The position numbers and the translations under genes are program-made. The notes below the pieces were generated by a model that did not search any database, was not told the origin of the DNA, and saw nothing but the letters and a program-made list of their open reading frames with translations. From Blastocladiella emersonii ATCC 22665 (lineage: Eukaryota > Fungi > Blastocladiomycota), in contig JANHCV010000012.1 of assembly GCA_025594325.1 (NCBI GenBank), forward strand, positions 186,001-250,000: DNA of 64,000 nt, in the 5' to 3' direction. Shown here in pieces: positions 56,757 to 64,000 of this stretch. Position 1 is the first letter of the stretch. Each line of letters begins with the position of its first letter.

Positions 56757-57146
56757 TTAGTGCGAGTGGTCCGTGTGCCCGTCGTTCGGCCCATGCTCGA
56801 CAACCTCGGCCTCGCCCGCTGGGTGCGCGCCGCCGTGGTTCTGGATCCCGACCTCGGTCTCGCTATGCACGTCGTCGGCCCCGCCGTGATGCTGGATCCC
56901 AAACTGCTTTGCCTGCGCGTCGCCGTGGCCATCCTCAGCGCCGCCGGCATGGTGCTGGATCGAGACCGCCGCGTCGGTGCCATGGTCGTCATCGGCGCCC
57001 GCGTGGTGCTGGATCGACACGGACCCGGCCGCGGTGGGCGGGTGGTCGCGGCGCGCGAGCGCGGGGGCCGCCGAGACTTGGGCCGTGAGCCCGAGCAGGG
57101 CGACCGTGAGGGCAGCGAGGAGGACGAGGAAGGTGGCGGTGCGCAT
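56757..57146 (-). CDS. Small secreted His-rich repeat protein, 129 aa
   Basis: Signal peptide, ARR|D site, four IQ(H/N)H(A/G)G repeats. Confidence 0.8.
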   Translation of the reverse strand: MRTATFLVLLAALTVALLGLTAQVSAAPALARRDHPPTAAGSVSIQHHAGADDDHGTDAAVSIQHHAGGAEDGHGDAQAKQFGIQHHGGADDVHSETEVGIQNHGGAHPAGEAEVVEHGPNDGHTDHSH

Positions 57147-57677
57147 GCTTGGTTTGTTGCTTGGTTGTTGCGTTGAGTGCTGATCCTCGTCATGGTCGCG
57201 GGGTCACCGTGGGTTTTATACGCGCCTCGCCGTGAGGGAAATCGCGCACTTTCGAGTCCAAGAGTTAATCCCGCACCGGCGACGACGACCAAGCCCGCGG
57301 CCGGTGCGGCGCGGCGCGAGGGATTGGCGCCACGGCGCGGTCGATGGTCGCAGCCGAGTGTGGCGCGGCGCGTGGCCGGGGCACTGACATCACACAGTCT
57401 CACATTCAGTCGTCATGGAAGTCTCGACGAACGGCTTGATTCGCCACGGAGGTCCTGAAGAGCGCCTCGTTCTATAGAACTGGTTGCGAGGCGCGTCTGG
57501 GAGGCGAATCGAGGGGAAGGCACGTCGAGTTCACGCTTTGCTTGCGGCGCTTAGCCAAGTTTGTCATGAGCTTTTCGTGAATCGGTGGTCCGCGAACGAT
57601 CGCGTGCCCGCGGTACTGATCCTCAACCGTAAGCGATGAGAGCGGTGATCAAAGACGAAACGCAAGTTCATTCATAC

Positions 57678-59567
57678 TCACATCGCACCGCCACCCGCGG
57701 CCTCCGCCGCCGCCTGCGCCGCCGCCGCCGCGCGCGCCTTAGCCTCACGCTTCGCGAGCGTAGTGAAGTACTGCTTGTCCGGCGGGAGCCACTGCGCGTC
57801 GATAAAGTAATCGTAGAGCCGCGTCGTCTTGTTGACGTCGATCCGGACCAGCTTGCGGGCGCCGCGCCGCGTGAGCCGGCCCTGCGTCGCGTACGCCGCC
57901 ATCAGGTTGTCCTTGATGGCCAGGAACGCGCGCGGCATGATGCGCAGCTCGCTGCACAGCGCCTGCTCGCGCTCCGTCAGAAGGTTCACGCCCTCGGCTT
58001 CCGAGATGTTGAGCGGGTTCGCCACGCGCCGGATGCGCGGCGCCGGCGCCGCGGAGGCGGATTCGCCGCCGCTCGTGGTGCCGCCGGGGGTCGGCGCGGC
58101 GGACGACGTCGCGCCCGACGCGGGCGGCGGGGTCGTCGAGCGGCCGTACCCGGCGGCGCGGCTCGAGCCCGCGGCAGCCGCGGCGGCGGCGGCGCCGCCC
58201 GTGAGCGAGGCCGTCGACCCGCGCCGGCTCGGCGGGTTGCTCCCGCTGCCAAACCCGAGCGGGAGGCGCGAGGAGGGCTGCGGGACAAACGGCTGCAGCG
58301 GGGGCGGCGGCGGGAGGACGGGCAGGCTCGACTTGGAGTTGGTGCGCAGGGCGCGCTCGCGCTCGAACTGGAACGCCTGGTTGTACGTGCACACGCCGTT
58401 GCGCCGGTACTCTTGCAGCCGCTCGATGCGGTTGCGGAGCTGTGACTCGACTACACGGTGCGGGATCGGTCAGCGTGAGGCGGGATCGGTCAGCGTGAGG
58501 CGGGATCCGGACAGGGCGAGCGAGAAACGTACTGAGCAGGCCCTCGATGAGGGCGGCAAAGTCGTCGGGGGTCATGAGACGGCTGAAGGCCTTGTACTGG
58601 GCGATGAGGGCCTTTTCCTCGGGCGACTTTTTCCGCTCGTCGGCCGTGACCTGGCGGTATTCTTGCAGGCCGCGGTCGAAGATGAACTTTTTGCGCTCGT
58701 ACTTGCGGTCGAGCTTGTCGTTGTAGATGTCCATGATCATGACCTTGAAGTCTACAATGGGGCGTGAGTATCAGCCGATCGTCGCGCGGGCGGGTTCCGA
58801 GTGAGGAAGGGAGCGTACCGACGTCCTCCTTGGAATCCGTCTCCTCGAAGGTGAGCTCGCGCACGCACACCTCGTCAATCTCGTTGCCGTACTCGGTCTC
58901 GAACTCGCCGCGGCCCGGCATGTACCCGGCCACGTCGTGGTTGCACGGCTGCGACGTGAGCGGCTTGACCTTTTTCGTCGGCTCGGCGCCGGGGAGCGAT
59001 GCTACACACGCGCGCGGGGGGGTAAGCGGGGTGTGCGAGAGGAGAGCGGGTGAAGAGTGAAGCGTACAAGTCTCGACGGGCGCAGGCCGCTTGCGGGGGA
59101 TCGGCTCGGCGGGGAACGTGATCGACATGTCCTGTACCCAGAAAACGCATGTCAGCTATCGCCGCAAACCAGCTCCCAAAGGGCGAGCGTACCGGGATCG
59201 GCCACGTCGGCGCATTGACAAACACCGTGTAATAGTGCTCCTCGACAGCATTCGCGGTCTTGGTCCCGATATGGTCGGCAACATCGGCCCAGTTCCCCAT
59301 GCCATACTTTTCGAGTCCCTCCATCATCAGCAGCTCCTCCTCGGCGCCCCACGCGTCGTCAAAGACCGGGAAACTCAGCGTGTCCTTGACGCGGTACGGG
59401 TGGTCGTTCTTGTGGGTCGACACCTCGACGCCCGCGGCGAAACACTCGACGCACAGGTCAAAGTCCTCGCACACGGCGCACGCGACCCGCGCTATGTCCG
59501 ACACGTCCTTGCGGCACGCGTCGCAGTGGTACCGCACGCCCACCTTTTTGCGGTGCGTCACGGTCAT
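57678..59567 (-). CDS. ADA2: Transcriptional adaptor 2 (ZZ, SANT, SWIRM), spliced
   Basis: YHCDAC..CAVCEDFDLCVECF, WGAEEELLMMEGLEKYGMGNW, GYMPGRGEFETEY, LVRIDVNKTTRLYDYF. Confidence 0.95.
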
Positions 59568-59886
59568 GGTCGGTTTGGGGTTGGTGTTGCAGGGAGTTGA
59601 GGCCGGATCGGGCGATTAAGATTGCATTGCAGTGTGGTGCGTGCGGGGAGAGAGAACCGCGCGCGGCCGATCGCGCTTGGAAAAAGCGGCCGCGCGGCGC
59701 CGCACGTCTCAGCCACCTCACGTGCGCCGTGCATCCGTGTCCGCGACCGCGATCCCTCGAGCGACGTGCGGTGTCCAAGCGAGAAATCTTACATGTATGC
59801 TACAGAGTGATGCTTAGTGCGACGAGAGCAAGGATCCGAGAGCAACCATACATGTATGCTACAGAGAAACCACTAATCCCACCCTC

Positions 59887-62625
59887 TCACGCGTCCTCAA
59901 ACTTGGCGCGCATCGCGAGCAGCGCGGCGAGGCGCTCCTCGGAGATGGCGTCCTGGCCGGGCTCGAGCACCTGGATCGACTCGCCGTCCACCTCCTGCAG
60001 CAGCTGTTCGAGGATCGCGTTGAACTCGGCCGCCTGCTCCTTGCCGTCGCCGTCCTCCTCGGTGTCAGCGACCGCTGCGGCCGTCGTGGGCGCGCTGCTG
60101 CTGCTGGCCGCGGCGGCATCTGGCTCCGAGCTCGACCCAAGCCCCGTCTTGTCGTTGAGCTTGCCCTGGCCAATGACCATCTTCTCGAGCTGGCGCTTGG
60201 ACTGGGCGCGCTCGTAGACCATCTGCTCAAACTCGGAGATGAACCGGAACACTGTCACTGGGCGATCCTGTCCCATGCGGTGGGCGCGATCCATGGCCTG
60301 GAGGTCGACGGCGGGGTTGTCGGACGAGTCGAGGAGGACCACCGTGTCGGCGGCGACCAGGTTGAGCCCGAGCCCACCGGCCTTGGTGCTGAGCAGGAAC
60401 AGCTTGCACTCGGGGTCGTTGTGGAACTTGGCAATCGCCGCCTTGCGCTCCTCGTGGCCGACAGACCCGTCGAGCCGCGCGTGGCCCCACCCCTTGGACT
60501 CGAGGTAGTACTGGACAATGGTCAGGAACGTCGTGTACTGCGAGAACAGGAGCACCTTGTGCTTCTGGTCGGCCTCGTCGACGAGCAGCGCGCGCAGGAT
60601 CTGGTCCAGCAGCATCATCTTGCCCGACCGCGCCACGAGCGAGGCCTCGGGCTCGTAGTCAATTGGGTACTCGGGGTGCGGGAACAGGAACGGGTGGCAC
60701 GACAGACGCCGCACCGCCATGTACTTGTGGCGCAGCCCGACGCTCAGCTCGCGCGTCCGCGGCACGCGCACGTCGAGCGCCTCGAACTTGGCCGTCAGGT
60801 ACTCGACCAGCGTGTTCTCGCGCACCGCCGTGAACAGGTCGCGCTGCTCGCGCGTCAGCGGCGCCGTCACCACCAGCTCCTTTTTCGGCGGGAGGTTCAG
60901 GTTCACGTCCGCCTTGACGCGGCGAAGCATGAAGGGGCCCAGGATCTGGTGCATCTTGGTCACAAGCTGATTCGTCAGCTGCAGGTTCAGGATCTTGTCG
61001 CGGTTCAGCTTGGTGCCCTCGAGCTCAAAGTCGAACCACCCGAGGAACGAGTCTACATGCGATCAGGTCGAGCATGAGTGTTAGTCGCGAGCCGCATGAC
61101 GAGTCTGACCCCAAAGACACGCACCGACGTCGTCAAAGATCATGGGCATGACAAAGTTGAGCAGCGACCAGAGCTCCGACAGCCGGTTCTGCAGCGGGGT
61201 GCCCGTGAGCAGGTACCGGGTCTCGGTCGTCATGAGGCGCAGGTTGCGGATCAGCAGGCAGTTGGTGTTCTTGAGGCGGTGGCCCTCGTCGATGACGGCG
61301 GTCATGAACTTCATGGACCGGAAGAAGCCGGTGTCGGACGGCATGTTGAGCATCTCGTAGCTGGTGAGGATCACGGGCAGCTGGAGGTGCGCCTCCTTGT
61401 TGCGGCGGCGCGCCGCGGGCCCGCACTTGCTGACAATGGCCTTGATGCGCTTCTGCAGGACCAGCCGCTCCTCCTTGAGCCCGTGGTACAGCACGACGGG
61501 GACCGACGGCGCGAACCGGGCAAACTCGGACTCCCAGTTGGCCAGCGTCGACAGCGGCACGACGACGAGTGACATGCCCCACAGGTCGACGGTTGCGCGC
61601 ACGCGGCACAGGAACGCGATCGTCTGCACCGTCTTGCCCAGCCCCATCTCGTCGGCCAGGATCCCGTTCAGCCCGTTGTCGAACAGCGTGTACAGCCACT
61701 CGACGCCGTCCTCCTGGTACGGCTTGAGCGTCCCCGTGAACATGCGCGCGTACCGGTCCGCCGCCGCGGCTTCCGCCGACAGCTTGGCCTCGGCCGGGTC
61801 CAGCGGCTCGGCGTCTGCGGGCTCGACCGCTTCGTCGGCCTCCTCCTCCTCGAGCTCCACCGCCTTGATCGTCGGCTTGCGCTGGCGCGTCGACCGGCGG
61901 CGCCCGGCCGTCTCCGTCGCCGCCGCCGCCTCGGTGCCATTCTCGGTCCGCGCCGCGGGCGCGACATCGGGAGCAGCGGCAGCAGCCGGCTCGGCCTTGC
62001 GCGCGCGCGTCGAGCGGCGGATCCCGGCGCCCTCCGTGTCGGCCGCAGCCTCGGCCATCACGGCATCTGCATCGCCGCCCGTGCCCGCGGCCTTGCGCCC
62101 GCGCTTACGCGGAGCCGCCGCGCCGCCCGTCGCCGGGTCCTCGGCCTTGCGCTTGCGCGCGGTCGTGTCCTTCTTGTTGATGCGGGTGCGCGCCTGGCTC
62201 AGCATCTCCGAGATGCGGCCCGCTAGCGTGCCCGTCTTGTCAAGCAGCTTCTCGAGCGCGTCGAGCCGGCGCAGGCCCTCGTTCTGGTCGGCTTCGAGTT
62301 TGAGGCGGGCTTCCTCCTGTTGATGGGGTGATGGCGTGGGTGAGTGGATGCGGGTTTTAGGGATCAGAGCGGCGAAGGAAGGGTGAACGTACGCGAAGGC
62401 GCGCGGCCTCGGCCTCCTCGGCCTGCTCGACCTCGGCGGCCGCCTTGGCGTCGGCCTCGTCAAAGGTCAGCGGGACCTCAACGACCAGCTGCGAGGTCGT
62501 CTACACGGGGTCGGAGCGGGTCAGGGTCCTGAGCATGGAGCATGACGATGACGGCGGCCGGTAGTGCATACATCCTCGAGCTCCACGTCGGGACGCGGGT
62601 GGTCCAGTTTGCCTGTCATGGTCAT
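59887..62625 (-). CDS. HELLS: SNF2-family remodeller, HELLS/LSH/DDM1/Irc5-like, spliced
   Basis: LKPYQ, NGILADEMGLGKT, IDEGHRLKN, LLTGTPLQN, PFMLRRVKADV, QAMDRAHRMGQ; N-terminal RLDALEKLL coiled coil; start position approximate. Confidence 0.85.
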
Positions 62626-62896
62626 GGTTGGCGATCCGTGCAAGGAGACGGTGTATCGACGACGCAGACGAAGACGAAGACGAAGACGAAATGCGGACGT
62701 GAGTTTCAAAAAGCGCATAGCACCGGGTCACGCTGGGTCAGCTGACGCAAACGCACCGCGGGCCGCGCCACGCGACGGTCGCGTTCCATCGCCATCGCCG
62801 TCGCAGCGTCCAATCGCAGCAGCGGCATCACCACGAAGCATACCCCCGCCGACTCTCCATGAAACTTGCCCGCTAGAGCGGCCCCACGTCATCAAA

Positions 62897-64000
62897 ATGG
62901 TCAAGCTCACGCCGCTGTTCGTCTCGGAGCACGCCGCGCAGCACCTGCAGGAGATCACCAAGCTCGAACTGAACGGCAAGGAGATTGACGCGATCGAGGA
63001 CATCAGCGCGCTCGTGAACCTGCGCGTGCTCGAGCTCGAGGACAACCGGCTCGACAACGACGCGCTCGAGGGTCTGTCGCACAACGCGGCGCTGACCAAA
63101 CTCAACCTCAAGAAGAACGCGCTCGAGTCCTTCGCCGGGCTCGACAAGCTGCACAAGCTGATTGCCCTCAAGGTGCCGCACAACGCCATCACGCGGTTCA
63201 GCACCCACCTGCTGTCGCTCAAGCACCTCAAGGCGCTCGTCGCCAACGACAACCAGATTGCGCGCATCGAGAACCTCGGCCACTGCACCGAGCTCGAGAC
63301 GCTCGTCATTGCCGGGAACAAGATCTCGGAGCTCAAGAACCTCGCTGCCCTCAAGCAGCTCAAGGCGCTCAACGCCGGCCACAACCCGATCCGCGAGATC
63401 CCGGACCTGCGCGTGCACGAGCACCTCGAGCAGCTGCGCCTCAACAGCTGCAAGCTGACCTCGGTCCCAGACACGATCCGGTACAACCCGGCGCTCAAGA
63501 TCGTCGACCTCGGCAACAACCTCATCACCAGCTACTCGGAAATCGTCAACCTCGCCGCCCTGCCCAACCTCATCAACCTCACCCTCAAGGGCAACCCGCT
63601 GTGCAACGAGCCCGACTACGAGACCCGCATCAAGGCCCTGTTCCCGACCCTCCGCATCCTCGACAACAAGCGCTTCGATCCGAAATACCTCAGCATCAAG
63701 CAGAAGCGCGCCGGGTACAAGATGAAGCAGGCCATCAAGAAGACGGGCGTCAAGCCCGCCAAGCGCCACCGCCGCGGCGACCGTGACGCAGGGTCCGCCT
63801 CCGACACGGGCGCGACCAGCGACACTGGTGCCGCGCCCGCTCGTGGCGGCGACGACGAGGACGCTATGGACGTGGACGGCGACGCGCCCAAGCCTGCCAC
63901 CGCCGTCGACCGCGCGCCCAAGCCCCCGCGCTGCCCGCGGTCCGATGTCGACAACGGCGACGAGTCGGCCGCGTCCGCCGGCGCCGCGTCGTCGGACCCC
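62897..64000 (+). CDS. SDS22-like leucine-rich repeat protein with LRRcap, runs off the window
   Basis: MVKLTPLF..; repeated LxxLxLxxNxI; LKGNPLC..Y..RI..FPTLRILD cap; basic/acidic tail. Confidence 0.85.
   Translation, partial: MVKLTPLFVSEHAAQHLQEITKLELNGKEIDAIEDISALVNLRVLELEDNRLDNDALEGLSHNAALTKLNLKKNALESFAGLDKLHKLIALKVPHNAITRFSTHLLSLKHLKALVANDNQIARIENLGHCTELETLVIAGNKISELKNLAALKQLKALNAGHNPIREIPDLRVHEHLEQLRLNSCKLTSVPDTIRYNPALKIVDLGNNLITSYSEIVNLAALPNLINLTLKGNPLCNEPDYETRIKALFPTLRILDNKRFDPKYLSIKQKRAGYKMKQAIKKTGVKPAKRHRRGDRDAGSASDTGATSDTGAAPARGGDDEDAMDVDGDAPKPATAVDRAPKPPRCPRSDVDNGDESAASAGAASSDP

Overview
GC-rich, intron-containing eukaryotic DNA. The short GTRYGY..CTRAC..YAG introns and the expanded 'D-x-AS-x-x-G..WW..SGLPLK' ankyrin/LRR family suggest a zoosporic fungus, probably Blastocladiomycota-like; this host assignment is inference. 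Ordinary host genes (VMA12/TMEM199, ALKBH1, two UBC9 paralogs, INSIG, ADA2, HELLS/DDM1-like SNF2, LRR proteins) surround a cluster of mobile DNA. The main feature is a complete 16,112-bp endogenous Polinton-like DNA virus (16248-32359). It has ~750-bp TIRs, TG..CA ends and a 5-bp CATGT target-site duplication. It encodes a double-jelly-roll-type major capsid, a penton-like minor capsid, an A32/FtsK ATPase, a fibre, an rve integrase and also a tyrosine recombinase. In place of a protein-primed PolB it has a PrimPol-PriCT-UL9-like helicase gene, which is broken. Both ends are a perfect 26-bp palindrome, the TIRs hold an oriS-like inverted repeat, and most viral ORFs share a pre-ATG motif. Also present: a decayed chromovirus with a TSD, a CACAGTG-ended CACTA-like transposon with telomere-like subterminal repeats splitting an LRR gene, a hAT-like non-autonomous element, a non-LTR RNase H remnant and a solo LTR. 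Family assignments come from motif recognition by eye, not database searches.
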